Positions 39,501-54,500 of a DNA stretch of 64,000 bases are shown in pieces. Below the pieces are notes generated by a model. It made no database searches and was not told where the DNA came from. It saw only the letters and a program-made list of their open reading frames with translations. The DNA is from Laetmonice hystrix (taxonomy: Eukaryota), in assembly GCA_965235115.1 (NCBI GenBank), contig OZ249436.1:44146001-44210000 (forward strand). The letters are read 5' to 3'. How positions within the stretch are numbered: the first letter of the stretch is position 1; every line of letters begins with the position of its first letter. The position numbers and the translations under genes were made by a program.

Positions 39501-42500
39501 CTAGGACCTACCATGTGGGGTCTGGTGACTAGGTGAAGTAGACTAGGACCTACCATGTGGGGTCTGGTGACTAGGTGAAGTAGACCAGGACCTACCATGT
39601 GGGGTCTGGTGACTAGGTGAAGTAGCCCTAGACTAGGACCTACCATGTGGGGTCTGGTGACTAGGTGAAGTAGCCCTAGACTAGGACCTACCATGTGGGG
39701 TCTGGTGACTAGGTGAAGTAGACCAGGACCTACCATGTGGGGTCTGGTGACTACGTGAAGTAGACTGGGACCTACCATGTGGGGTCTGGTGACTAGGTGA
39801 AGTAGACTAAGACCTACCATGTGGGGTCTGGTGACTGGGTGAAGTAGACTGGGACCTACCATGTGGGGTCTGGTGACTAGGTGAAGTAGACTGGGACCTA
39901 CCATGTGGGGTCTGGTGACTGGGTGAAGTAGACCAGGACCTACCATGTGGGGTCTGGTGACAAGGTTAAGTAGACTGGGACCTACCATGTGGGGTCTGGT
40001 GACTGGGTGAAGTAGACCAGGACCTACCATGTGGGGTCTGGTGACAAGGTCAAGTAGACTAGGACCTACCATGTGGGGTCTGGTGACTAAGTAGACCAGG
40101 ACCTACCATGTGGGGTCTGGTGACTAGGTGAAGTAGACTAGGACCTACCATGTGGGGTCTGGTGACTAGGTAGACTAGGACCTACCATGTGGGGTCTGGT
40201 GACTAGGTAGACTAGGACCTACCATGTGGGGTCTGGTGACTAGGTGAAGTAGACCAGGACCTACCATGTGGGGTCTGGTGACAAGGTCAAGTAGACTGGG
40301 ACCTACCATGTGGGGTCTGGTGACTAGGTCTAGTAGACTGGGACCTACCATGTGGGGTCTGGTGACTAGGTGAAGTAGACCTAGACTAGGACCTACCATG
40401 TGGGGTGTGGTGACTAGGTGAAGTAGACCAGGACCTACCATGTGGGGTCTGGTGACTAGGTGAAGTAGACTAGGACCTACCATGTGGGGTCTGGTGACTA
40501 GGTCAAGTAGACCAGGACCTACCATGTGGGGTCTAGTGACTAGGTGAAGTAAACTAGGACCTACCATGTGGGGTCTGGTGACTCGGTAGACTAGGACCTA
40601 CCATGTGGGGTCTGGTGACTAGGTCTAGTAGACTAGGACCTACCATGTGGGGTCTGGTAACTAGGTGAAGTAGACTAGGACCTACCATGTGGGGTCTGGT
40701 GACTAGGTGAAGTAGACTAGGACCTACCATGTGGGGTCTGGTGACTAGGTGAAGTAGCCCTAGACTAGGACCTACCATGTGGGGTCTGGTGACTAGGTCT
40801 AGTAGACTGGGACCTACCATGTGGGGTCTGGTGACTAGGTCTAGTAGACTGGGACCTACCATGTGGGGTCTGGTGACTAGGTCTAGTAGACTAGGACCTA
40901 CCATGTGGGGTCTGGTGACTAGGTGAAGTAGACTAGGACCTACCATGTGGGGTCTGGTGACTAGGTGAAGTAGACTAGGACCTACCATGTGGGGTCTGGT
41001 GACTAGGTGAAGTAGACTAGGACCTACCATGTGGGGTCTGGTGACTAGGTGAAGTAGACTAGGACCTACCATGTGGGGTCTGGTGACTAGGTGAAGTAGA
41101 CTAGGACCTACCATGTGGGGTCTGGTGACTAGGTGAAGTAGACTAGGACCTACCATGTGGGGTCTGGTGACTAGGTGAAGTAGACTAGGACCTACCATGT
41201 GGGGTCTGGTGACTAGGTGAAGTAGACTAGGACCTACCATGTGGGGTCTGGTGACTAGGTGAAGTAGACTAGGACCTACCATGTGGGGTCTGGTGACTAG
41301 GTGAAGTAGACTAGGACCTACCATGTGGGGTCTGGTGACTAGGTGAAGTAGACTGGGACCTACCATGTGGGGTCTGGTGACTAGGTCTAGTAGACTAGGA
41401 CCTACCATGTGGGGTCTGGTGACTAGGTGAAGTAGGCCAGGACCTACCATGTGGGGTCTGGTGACTAGGTGAAGTAGACTAGGACCTACCATGTGGGGTC
41501 TGGTGACTAGGTCTAGTAGACTGGGACCTACCATGTGGGGTCTGGTGACTAGGTCTAGTAGACTAGGACCTACCATGTGGGGTCTGGTGACTAGGTCTAG
41601 TAGACTGGGACCTACCATGTGGGGTCTGGTGACTAGGTCTAGCAGACTGGGACCTACCATGTGGGGTCTGGTGACTAGGTCTAGTAGACTAGGACCTACC
41701 ATGTGGGGTCTGGTGACTAGGTCTAGTAGACTGGGACCTACCATGTGGGGTCTGGTGACTAGGTCTAGTAGACTAGGACCTACCATGTGGGGTCTGGTGA
41801 CTAGGTGAAGTAGACTAGGACCTACCATGTGGGGTCTGGTGACTAGGTGAAGTAGACTAGGACCTACCATGTGGGGTCTGGTGACTAGGTGAAGTAGACC
41901 AGGACCTACCATGTGGGGTCTGGTGACTAGGTGAAGTAGACTGGGACCTACCATGTGGGGTCTGGTGACTAGGTGAAGTAGACTAGGACCTACCATGTGG
42001 GGTCTGGTGACTAGGTGAAGTAGGCCAGGACCTACCATGTGGGGTCTGGTGACTAGGTGAAGTAGACTAGGACCTACCATGTGGGGTCTGGTGACTAGGT
42101 CTAGTAGACTGGGACCTACCATGTGGGGTCTGGTGACTAGGTCTAGTAGACTGGGACCTACCATGTGGGGTCTGGTGACTAGGTGAAGTAGACCTAGACT
42201 AGGACCTACCATGTGGGGTCTGGTGACCCGGTGAAGTAGACCAGGACCTACCATGTGGGGTCTGGTGACTAGATGAAGTAGACTAGGACCTACCATGTGG
42301 GGTCTGGTGACTAGGTGAAGTAGACCAGGACCTACCATGTGGGGTCTGGTGACTACGTGAAGTAGACTAGGACCTACCATGTGGGGTCTGGTGACTAAGT
42401 AGACCAGGACCTACCATGTGGGGTCTGGTGACTAGGTGAAGCAGACTAGGACCTACCAAGTGGGGTCTGGTGACTAGGTGAAGTAGACTAGGACCTACCA

Positions 42501-45500
42501 TGTGGGGTCTGGTGACTAGGTAGACGAGGACCTACCATGTGGGGTCTGGTGACTAGGTGAAGTAGACCAGGACCTACCATGTGGGGTCTGGTGACAGCAG
42601 TGCTGACTAGCAGATCGTAGAAGGCGGGGGAGCTGTCAAGGATATCGACCACCTTACGAAGCTCGGGCCGACCCATCAGTAAACCCGTCAGGCTAAGGTT
42701 CCTGTCTGTAGATGGACACATAACACCACGGAACGTTACTGTGGTTACTATGGTTACTGTGGTTACTATGGTTACTGTGGTTACTATGGCGCATTCAGGG
42801 GGTTCACCCCCACGTTGGCAACCGATCTTTGTTTTGTCAAACAACTTTCTGAATTGTCCCTACTCGACCAGCACCCCCCCCCCCACACACACACACACCT
42901 TCAACCCGCCCCGCCCCCTCCTCATTGTCCCCCTCTCATCTACCATCGGAAGCCGCGGTCCAAAAATATAAGTAGAATCTATGCCTACGCCACAAAAAGG
43001 ACATGCAATCGTTTCGGAGGTTACACAAGTAGCCTAATCTAAATGTAGAGCTTGTATATTAAAGGCTCGCCGGTGGAGTATGAAAATACATTAAAAGTAA
43101 TTCCGCTATATGACCCCGACGTGATTTGAACACGCAACCTTCTGATCTGGAGTCAGACGCGCTACCGTTGCGCCACGGAGTCAGCCATACTCTAACTCCC
43201 CAAGTCACAATCATATTGCATCATCGATTTTCCCACAATTTCGGTAGCTCTCCGCCGTGGTTGCAACGCCCGCTTTTTCCCTAGTAGCAGAGATCAGCCA
43301 CCTACCGGATAAAAACCAGGCCCCCACCTAGCGGCAAGTATCAGTAAATATACAGCCGAGAAATGCTGACACCATTAAACTCCGTTCTATCAGCACTCAG
43401 ACAACACATTTTCTTATGTTGACAGGCCTTATTTCACGGATTTTCTGTCAAATTATCCATTAAATAAAACTTAAATAAAAACGACTAAGTATTGACATAC
43501 GGGTTGTATACATTCCTACCTTGTAGCGACTGAAGCTGACCGTTGATGACAATGACAAAGTCGTGTGTTTTCGACAACAATCTGCCCACTGATTCGGTGC
43601 CCTGAACCTCAAGATTGATCTGACTGGCCATGGAGGTGACCCCACTGAGAAAGGCTCCGATACTGGCGGGATCAGAGGAGGACACAAAATACAATCTCCT
43701 TATCGTAACATAACGTGTCTACAGAGGAGGATACAAAATACAATCTCCTTATCGTAACATAACGTGTCTACAGAGGAGGATACAAAATACAATCTCCTTA
43801 TCGTAACATAACGTGTCTACAGAGGAGGATACAAAATACAATCTCCTTATCGTAACATAACGTGTCTACAGAGGAGGATACAAAATACAATCTCCTTATC
43901 GTAACATAACGTGTCTACGGAGGAGGATACAAAATACAATCTCCTTATCGTAACATAACGTGTCTACGGAGGAGGATACAAAATACAATCTCCTTATCGT
44001 AACATAACGTGTCTACAGAGGAGGATACAAAATACAATCTCCTTATCGTAACATAACGTGTCTACAGGGGAAGATACAAAATACAATCTCCTTATCGTAA
44101 CATAACGTGTCTACAGAGGAGGATACAAAATACAATCTCCTTATCGTAACATAACGTGTCTACAGAGAAAGGTTATTAAACTGTACTGGTAATTTTACTC
44201 TTGTATATGGAGCGTGTGCCAAAGAAATGTCAAAAGAAAGTTCAATGTATAACTAAACAGGTAATTGGAAAAAATATTAACATAATACGACCCAACGGTT
44301 TTGAAATGTGTGCCTAAGTAATAACACATGACTGATATAAATCCGCTGACCTAAATAATCTCTCTAGTGTAACACCTTCCGACGAAAAGGTTCTCCATGA
44401 GTTGCCTCTATTACCGAGTTCCCCTCAGGTTCAAGATGAGCCTCTCGTACAGGACAGTGGTATAATAAATATGAAAACTCACGCGCTGAAAACGTTGACA
44501 CTGTCGACAGAGGGCGCGCTGAGCGCCTTGACCACGCCTTCCCAGGCCGCCGAGTCCAGCCAGGTCAGGTCAAGGTCACCGCTAGGGGCTGATGACGTCA
44601 CACGACTCAGTATGCGGGAGAACTTCTCGGCGTTCATGACAAAGTCTGATATGTCCACTTTCCCAGATGTGTTAGATAACATCTAGAGTGAAGAGTGGAA
44701 ACAGTTGAATATCTCTACGTCTTGTATTAGCCTATTTGAGAGGTTCTATTGACACCTTTTACCATATAATGCTCGTCACAAACCCCGCAGGACGTCAATG
44801 TACAGCACGGTGATATGCGCCGCCTAGCGGCATCACGAAGAACCCCATAACATCGGCTACTGTGATACAGGATTGAGACTGCAGTAATTTCCACCAGAAG
44901 CGCGCGCGGCATGAGGTGCGCGCGCGGCATGAGGTGCGCGCGCGGCATGAGGTGTGCGCGCGGCATGAGGTGCGCGCGCGTCTGGTTGAAATTACTGCAA
45001 TCTCTTAAACTATTTCAACTTTTGTCGCAAAATCATTCAGAGACAGAAGATAAATGTTATTTGACACTTACAATGTTCGATATGACCTGAACATCCCGGT
45101 CGGACAGCTCTCTGCCAACTACTGTGTAATTTATACGGCATACAGCATCATATACATCCCGGAACTCAGCATCCAGTTTCTCGGGTATGGCGAACAGTGT
45201 CCTGGGCTCCTGACTGCAGAACGCTGGGAGGTCCCCTTGAAACACGCGGGTCACCTGGGGTACACGAGTTCACAGGGGTCAGTACACAGAACAGTATGAC
45301 GAACATGATAACATGAAGCAAAGTTCTTATAACTAGTTACATAAGGTTAACTAAAGGTTATGTAATTGTGACGTAATATAAAGTTATCAATCGGAACCAT
45401 ATTTCTGCAGATATTTTGACAGCCTACGATCACCATTTCTGATATAACTCTTTATCTAAAGTAACCAGCCCATATCCTGAATAGAAATTCGTGGAAGTAA

Positions 45501-48500
45501 TACATTTTTACCTTAATACACGGTTTTTATAATACTCGTACCTCGGTAAGGGTAAAGGGTAAAATACTCACCCAATCAGGTTTGACGAGGAGGGAATTCA
45601 ACAACACCTCAAAGATCACATTGGTCTTGGCCAGGATGGGAACAAGGCGAGAAGTTTCTGGACGATCGGCGAGGAAACTCTCAAAGCTTTCATTCGTGGC
45701 TGAATAAAACGAGGAGACGTATAGTAAAAGAAATCCAGCTCACCATGTCATCAACAAAAAGGTTTCACACCCCCAAGTCTTTTGTAAAATACATGCTGCC
45801 AAATACCTGCGTATGGTTGAAGAGTTTTTGTCATGTAGACAATGAGTTGGTTGGTCTTGTAGATAAACTGTTCCATTCCGAGTGACGTGGTGACGTCAGC
45901 AGCAACGCCATCAAACCAGAACCCGGATGTTCTTAGGAGTCCGTCCACACTATGGTCAGAGTGGACACGGAATGAACAAACGGAAGTTACATCGGAGTTA
46001 CAAGAATTATTTGGGACAAAAATAAAAACCTTGAGGGCAATAATAAATGGTGTACTTTGGGCCAGGGGTATAATACGGCCTGTTACACCGGGGCCCATGC
46101 AAGGGATTTTGGAGATGGACGTTAAACCTATAACATTTTACGACGAACTTACTTATAATTACTGAAGGTCGAATTTGCAGCCTTGAGGAAACCAGTGAAA
46201 ATACCACCCCAGACATCGGGCGAGGTGAAAGTTTCGTCTGCTCCGATCCGAAGTTTTGGCGGGAAAGTCGACACTGCCGTCAACAGGTCTGCATACGTCT
46301 GGTACGTCATGAGCGATGACGTCAAATTCACAGGCGCAGTCGAATCGGACTTTTTATTCAAAAGTGTGTTGATCTGAAGTATAAAATGTGATATTTGATT
46401 CAAATTAAGCTAACTTTGAAAAGAACAATGAATTTTCCTATATGCGTAAATCTAACATGCCTAGAATGGCCGCATTCTTACCCGTAAATCAATGCTGCCT
46501 GTGGTGTTTTCTCTGTGTATGTGCAGTAAAAGAATGGCAACCAGTGTTTAAAGGTTAATTCAGATGTTAATTCTCTCACCGTGTCCATGAAACCTTCCAA
46601 GCCGTGTAGACCAGTCGTGAGTTCCTGAGCGAGCAGACTGGCGTTAACACTTGAACCACACACCAGTCGGTGGAGGTGACCGACGTCAACCGACGCCACC
46701 CGATCCAGAGAGAACACGTCAGCAAACATGGTAGTGTTCCGACAGAACTCTTCCCCGTTACTGGACACGTTTACCAGGCGGCTTATCTGGGGATTATAGG
46801 AAGAACCTGGTGAGAACTACTTCAGTGGATATAGATTCTAACTCAAACGGGGTATGTGTAAGTTAAAAAGGGTCAAATGTTGGGGAAAACATATAATAAT
46901 CACATTCCTAGACCAGATATTCCTTCTATATCAAAGCAAGTTTAACTTATTGTTGTAACTGCAGCAGGAGCCTACCTTGGACGGATTGCTGATAGTCTTA
47001 GTAAGACCGTTCAGGAAGGCCTGGGTAACGTCAGGCGAATCACTCAAAGTTTTCAGTAGATTATCTAATTGTTTGGACTCAATAAAGTCAAACAGAGAGA
47101 CTTCCGTACCTATAATATCACAAACAAACATCACCAAGTTAAATATCATCTGTCATACTTTCTTACAATCAACATAATATATTTGAGCTAACAAACCTAT
47201 TAGAAAAACCCCAGTAAAATAGTTCTATCTCCTCTAATGCCCAGCATCTGACATGATACACAACAAGCACATGTAACACAACAAGCACACGTAACACAAC
47301 AAGCACATGCAACACAACAAGCACATGTTATAATATATATATATATCACTTATTTTAGTGCCATTCAACATGCCATGTTTATTTTCTGATCCGCTACAAG
47401 ACTGTACACAATAAATGAGATTTTTACCGTTGAATTTCCGTAAATGGATGTTGATGAACTCTATGGCCGAGGTGCCACCTCTGATGAAGTTGTTATAACC
47501 TTCCCTGACCTTGTCGGCGATTCGCCCGTCCGTCAGGTTGACGACCAACCCGTGTAAAGTCCCAACCAGTCGGAATATCCTGTCCACAGAGAAATATAAC
47601 CACCAATAACTCTCCTGATTATTTAACATAAACTTCTGAGATTGGGAAAGTTAGGTTAACATTTGCTTGCTGAGCCCTGATCAATCTTAGATATGTTCTG
47701 AGCCTTTTTCAATGTGCTTTTAGGTAATCATTTTTTCTTGGCTCCCTGACTGGGAAGATCAATCTAAGTTGCCACTTTCAAGCATTATGCACACAGTATG
47801 CACGCAGTATGCACACAGTATGCACACAGTATGCACAAAGGATGTATGTTATCCAGACAACAGACCTACAGTACACACTGAGTTTATAACAAACGACTGT
47901 AAATCTTAGCTACCAAAGTGACCGTAACACTCACCCCTGCAGAGAGTCCATGTTTTCTATCGACTGAGTCATTTCAGTAAAACGACCTTCCAGCGTTTCA
48001 GGGTCCATGACGGGCACGTCTGGAAAGACGGTGACGTCACTATTGATCATGGCGTTAATGGTGTTCGTCATTGACGTCATATCGGCAGCCATCTTGGACC
48101 AATCGATTTTCACAGGGCCGGAAGGAGCCTTTCTGTTCGGGTCAGCAAGCTTTTGAACCTGTTTGGATCGAGAAACAAGAGATACAACATACCTTGGAAA
48201 CAGTCACACTGAAACCAACACCGCTCCAGATCTGTTCATATGCAGCAGTTTTGTGACGTGTCAAGCACAATTCCCTTCCATGACTTAACACCGTACAGTG
48301 CGTGGCAAAGTTTGTCACATTTAAAGGTGCTATTCGTCTCGCACAGAATGGCATTTCTCCTATCATACATTGTGCACATAGTACTAGAAAAAATTCCTAC
48401 CGATACCATTGGCCTGATAAACCTTCTATTAGTTTGTGTGCGGCATTTGAAACCTATCTCGGTGCGCACCGAGATAGAGCCATTTCCTATGGTGGGGCGT

Positions 48501-51500
48501 GTCAGGGTCTCCACAGGCCTTCTGAGAGAGCCCCATTTGTGCCGTTATCCATGACAAATTTTGATTTCCTTTGTTGTGAATCTATTTCGATGATAGGTGG
48601 GATCACATAAACGTCAACAAAATTAAAAATAAAAAAATTGAATTTTTGTTCACGAATAGCACCTTTAAGAACACTGTCTAAATGTGAATCAGTCTTACTT
48701 TTTCTACCATCCGTGCCATCTTAGGACTCTTCATGAGCTGATCCCACATCTTCTCGGGTTCCATGAGACACAGATCCGACTCCCACTTCCTGATCAGAAC
48801 CTCGTTCTCAAACTTCATGAAGTCTGTCAGACTGACACCGTTACAGACATTGCTAGTGTTGAAGTCCTTGGTTACCAGTACTTTCATCATCTAGGAAAGA
48901 ACACGTAAGACATGCTTTAGTGTTCTCAGGTTTAAAGTTTAAAGGAACCCAAACACCACCGTATGGAGACGATAACATTATGGAGGTACTAATGAAAGAT
49001 AACAAGGACGGACGTAGAATAACGTCACGTTGTATGAGGGGACGCTACGTCCTGCGAACGAACCTTGTTGGGGTCAATGATGGCGTCTGACAGAGCGTCC
49101 AACATTCCGTTCGTCAGTTGGGGCATCAAACCCGCTGTTTGAGAGATCATCTGGGATAGTTTTGTCTCGTTAGATAAAATGGCGGAGAGTTGCAATCCAT
49201 TCTCTGGAGGCAGACACAAACCATCACGGAGTCACTTAGTGATGGAACTTGAATAATACAGTTATGATATTAGAGGTAAATGAAAACAGACCTAAAAACA
49301 GGACCCAGACCGTCAAAAGTTAAGATCTGGCTTAAGCTTCCCGCTTCTGATTGGCTGGTCTAAGTATTTACGAACTATGAATTGAGTGACATTATGTGAA
49401 CGGTTAGACACTGTCAACTCCTGCCACTTAGAACGTATCTTGCTGTCAGTACATTCACTGTACTCCATTTCATGAGTCTTGTTGGAGTATCCAATCATTG
49501 CAATCAAACGGAAACTGTAAATCTCCAATCATTGCAATCAACCGGAAACTGTAAATCTCCAATCATTGCAATCAAACGGAAACTGTAAATCTCCAATCAT
49601 TGCAATCAAACGGAAACTGTAAATCTCCAATCATTGCAATCAAACGGAAACTGTAAATCTCCAATCATTGCAATCAAACGGAAACTGTAAATCTCCAATA
49701 ATTGCAATCAAACGGAAACTGTAAATCTCCAATCATTGCAATCAAACGGAAACTGTAAATCTCCAATCATTGCAATCAAACGGAAACTGTATATCTCCAA
49801 TTATTGTAATCAAACGGAAACTGTAAATCTCCAATCATTGCAATCAAACGGAAACTGTAAATCTCCAATCATTGCAATCAAACGGAAACTTAAATCTCCA
49901 ATCATTGCAATCAAACGGAAACTGTCAATCTCCAATCATTGCAATCAAACGGAAACTGTAAATCTCCAATCATTGCATCTAAACGGAAACTGTCAATCTC
50001 CAATCATTGCAATCAAACGGAAACTGTCAATCTCCAATCATTGCAATCAAACGGAAACTGTAAATCTCCAATCATTGCAATCAAACGGAAACTGTAAATC
50101 TCCAATCATTGCAATCAAACGGAAACTGTAAATCTCCAATCATTGCAATCAAACGGAAACTGTAAATCTCCAATCATTGCAATCAAACGGAAACTGTAAA
50201 TCTCCAATCATTGCAATCAAACGGAAACTTAAATCTCCAATCATTGCAATCAAACGGAAACTGTAAATCTCCAATCATTGCAATCAACCGGAAACTGTAA
50301 ATCTCCAATCATTGCAATCAAACGGAAACTGTCAATCTCCAATCATTGCAATCAAACGGAAACTGTAAATCTCCAATCATTGCATCTAAACGGAAACTGT
50401 CAATCTCCAATCATTGCAATCAAACGGAAACTGTCAATCTCCAATCATTGCAATCAAACGGAAACTGTAAATCTCCAATCATTGCAATCAAACGGAAACT
50501 GTAAATCTCCAATCATTGCAATCAAACGGAAACTGTAAATCTCCAATCATTGCAATCAAACGGAAACTGTAAATCTCCAATCATTGCAATCAAACGGAAA
50601 CTGTAAATCTCCAATCATTGCAATCAAACGGAAACTGTAAATCTCCCATCGATCTCCTTCCTCAGCTTCCACTGGAAGCTCCCACCAGTGGGTGAGGTGA
50701 CTTACGGTTAGGTGCCATCATGTCGTTCATGTCAACGATCAGTTCGTTCACGGTAAGCAACTGGTACTTGGCCTGGTTCCACCACGTGTCATTGTACCAG
50801 ACCTTGTCCATGTTCTCCAGCACGGCCATCCCAAGGTTCTGGAGGCTGGCAGCAGCAAACATCAGTCATTGAGCAGAGATTAAGAAAGCTATAACCAAGA
50901 TTACGATTAGTTTTTTTAATGACGAAGAATAAACTGAAGCTGACGGTTCTGTGGAGTGCTGTAAATGAATTGACAATTATTGTGATTAGATGCCAACCTG
51001 TTCAGATCGCTTGCTGACATTTTCTCCATCGCCAGCCGTACTTTCTCCACGGCATTCATTAAACGATTTGTGTCAATAGTTAACGACATGGCCGCCAGGA
51101 GGCTCGAGTTTTGTGACGTCAGCCTCACGAGATTGGCGTACAGAGTGCTCCCAGAATTCAACGCGCGAACCCAGTCTTCCTTCTTCAAGGTCTCGTTCAC
51201 CTTCTCATTTAACTTTTAACAAGAAAGAAATACAACGTATCAGCATAAACCTTCATTTTGTCCTTGTCAATGTGGTCAGTTGTGAATCTACCTATATTTT
51301 AATAACATGCCGATTTGATTAACTTGATTAAACTATCCCCTTTGGACTGATGAAAACGATCCTGATATACCATTATGTTCTGGGCCCAGCAAGCTTGTAT
51401 CAAACCGACCTTTGAGAGTTTATAATCTCGTCCCACGAATGAACCTATTATTCAATATGACATATATTTCTCAAACCATACACTAGTAACCATGGTAACA

Positions 51501-54500
51501 TGATATTTTGAAACCTTATCAAAGGCCGCCACGCTGTCGGAGAGACGAATGTAGGGATTAACAAAATCTGTAAACTGTAGAGAACACAGCAAGGCCTGGA
51601 TGTCAGGTAAGGGTACGGAAGATGGTACAACTAGAACATCTCTCAGCTGGCTTGGGTCACAGAACAGCGCAGTGATGTTGGTTGTCCCTAGCAACCGCGA
51701 CCGCTGCAACCAACCGAAGACAAAATGCATTTATTTCTTATCATTCTCTGGAATAAATCCAACAGTGGCTTGATGGCAATGACAGAGACAGAAAGATGGA
51801 CACATGTACCCGGCAGAGCGCCATTTCGAGTACTTAGATCTATATGTTGATGTGTATAATGTAGCTAAAGTTTACCTTCTGTTCGTCCGCTAATGTTTCC
51901 GCAAACGCTTCAACGATTTCCGGGCCAAATCGTTCAAAATACCACGTTAAGCGTCCCGTGGTTGTTTCGTTGTTAAAAATAGCTACAAAATGAAATCATC
52001 ATCAAAACAATTTAACAATTTCTTTAAATCTTGATATCGTTTTAAATGCAGTCTGACAGAAAACACGTTTCAATTGATTTTAGCCACTGGAGGTCTGCTA
52101 CACAAACTTACAGTCGAGTGCCTGGACCTGGGTGTTGAGGGCGTCCGCCACCATGGCAACCGATCTGACGACGCTTCCAAAGATGCCGAATACAGACGTG
52201 TTGGAGATAGTTGTGTACATGTCCGCCAGCTGGCGCTGTACCCTGACAACGGAGAGTAGTTCCAGGTCCATTCATATACTATTTATTCCAAACTCTTATG
52301 AACACGTTATTTTGAGAAGCGAATTCATGAATCTATTCTTAATATTGGAGTAATATTGACGTTTTGTCGTGTTCAAGATGGGATATTTCAGCAATCAAGC
52401 CAAAATTACATACATGTAGGCTATATATGTCGGGAAGATGTTAAGTCAAGGCCCCTAGCGAACGTTTCATAACGTTTTGTAGCGCGAAGTACTACTGAAC
52501 ACCCCCAAGGAGTTGGCAGTGAACCTACATGGCAGTGGTGTATCGTTGTTGGAGGTTGTCCACCGTGTCCATCCAATCCTGTGACCTTAGGTTAACCGTG
52601 TCAAGGTCAGTTATTCCCAGAAGGTTATCACTAAGGGGACCAGCCGACCATGGCTGTATGCTCTGGATATTGGAACCCAGGTCAAACATGCCCAGAGCCA
52701 GTGATGTTAGATTAGTCGACCTCTGCTCCTCGGCCGACAGGTTCTCCGTCGAGGTCATCAGGTTTATCATTTGTAAAATCTAATGGGAGAAAAATTGACA
52801 CTTTTGAGGACTTCAATCCTTCAGGTGCACTTCTAATTAGTCTTAAAGGGGTACGCTGACTATAAATAGTGACAACATGGCACCTGCCCGAGTAGCGCAA
52901 CATATTTGAAATGTAACAGGCCTCCACTACATTGTTCAAATGTTTGCAAAATAAGCAGAGACAGAGAACATACATAGACTTCAAACCTGTTCTATTAAAG
53001 GTAGAAGATACAGGGAACTTGACATGAAAATCAAATTCTGGGCTACACGTAAGCAGCGACACTGCACGAGACGGCCTGGGGACGTGACGATACAGGGGTG
53101 CGTTTCTCATCATGTTGTTAGCTTGTCGTATCGTTAACTCCAATGTATTTTCAATGGTTTTTTAACGCACGACAGGAAAACGATAGACGGGAAACGCGCC
53201 CCCAGGATCGTGGCCAGGCTGAGACCTCGGGTACCTCCTCTGATTTTGTGAGCTGGCTACGGCTCTGGATTTCACATTACAAATCCTTTAATGAAGGATA
53301 TAAATCATTGGATCGTTTGACAAAAGGACAGTGTATCAATATCTCCGTCACGCATATTTCCCCTCAAATATAGTATGTGTCCTCATGTTTACCCAGACCC
53401 TAAGGTTTGTTCCCCCAAAGTTTTTTTTTAAACCCATGTACCTTTTGCTCCAGTTGACCTGCTCCCGTCTCCTTGACAACCTCAGCCAGGAACATTTCAA
53501 GGTCAGCGCCACAGAGAATCTGTCGAAGGTTACCAATCTCTCCATGTCCGGCAGGTAAACTGACCATCTGCTGGAACTTGACCGGGTCACAGATCTGACC
53601 TTGGAATGATGCTGGGTCCTTCACCAGGAGCTGCAGCCACATCCGGTCAAAACATTAACAATCATTGTCGTTGAACATACGGACCGTACGGCGTACAATA
53701 ATGGAGGACGGGATTCTCTTATTATCAAAGGACACAGTTAGACATCAGGCCCAGTTTCTAGAAAGTGGATAAGTTAACTAAGTTGGTTAAAATACTTTTA
53801 CCAAAGTTGGTTAATTCTCTCTTTCCTGATTGGTTAATCTCTGGTTCAAATTCATCTAAACCAACTTAGTTAACTTAACCACTTTCTTGAAACAGGGGCC
53901 AAATGATTAAATTATTTTTTTTCCAACCCCATACAATATGCTCACGATGATACACATGGGTTCTATCAATGTTGCTACACTTACATTGACATTGGCCTGA
54001 TCAAACAATGCATCCACAGCCGTGGGAGAGGTGGCAAGTAGAGATTGTACCAGTTTATAGAACTTACATTGACATTGGCCTGATCAAACAATGCATCCAC
54101 AGCCGAGGGAGAGGTGGCAAGTAGAGATTCTACCAGTAGAACTTACATTGACATTGGCCTGATCAAACAATGCATCCACAGCCGTGGGAGAGGTGGCAAG
54201 TAGTGATTCTACCAGTTTATAGAACCGACTGTCGTTACGTAACAGGCGTAGGGCATGATTCTCCACATCTAAAACAAAATCAAACATCATTCCTCCGTCC
54301 TTGCATTTGAAAATCTTTCAATTAAATTCCGGTTTGATTTATATTATTTTGTTATAAATCGGGGAAGGAATGTCCTCAATTTACATATATTCTTCCTTCC
54401 TTTTAATAACATATATAAAAAGCGAGATAAAAGTGATGAAATATTAGGCGGACATAGTGTTGTCTACACCTACCCAAGACGGCCCCCTGGATGTGGAAAC

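Noticed and set aside
39227..42380. Long ORFs (608, 281, 130 aa) of VGPSLLHLVTRPHM repeats as an independent protein
   Set aside because: By-product of a stop-free 42-bp intronic minisatellite; broken by 37-nt units and without its own gene context.
20127..48610. Recurring ORFs METLTRPT.. and ..SLRMAFLLSYIVHIV.. as a small gene family
   Set aside because: They are translations of the three MITE copies.
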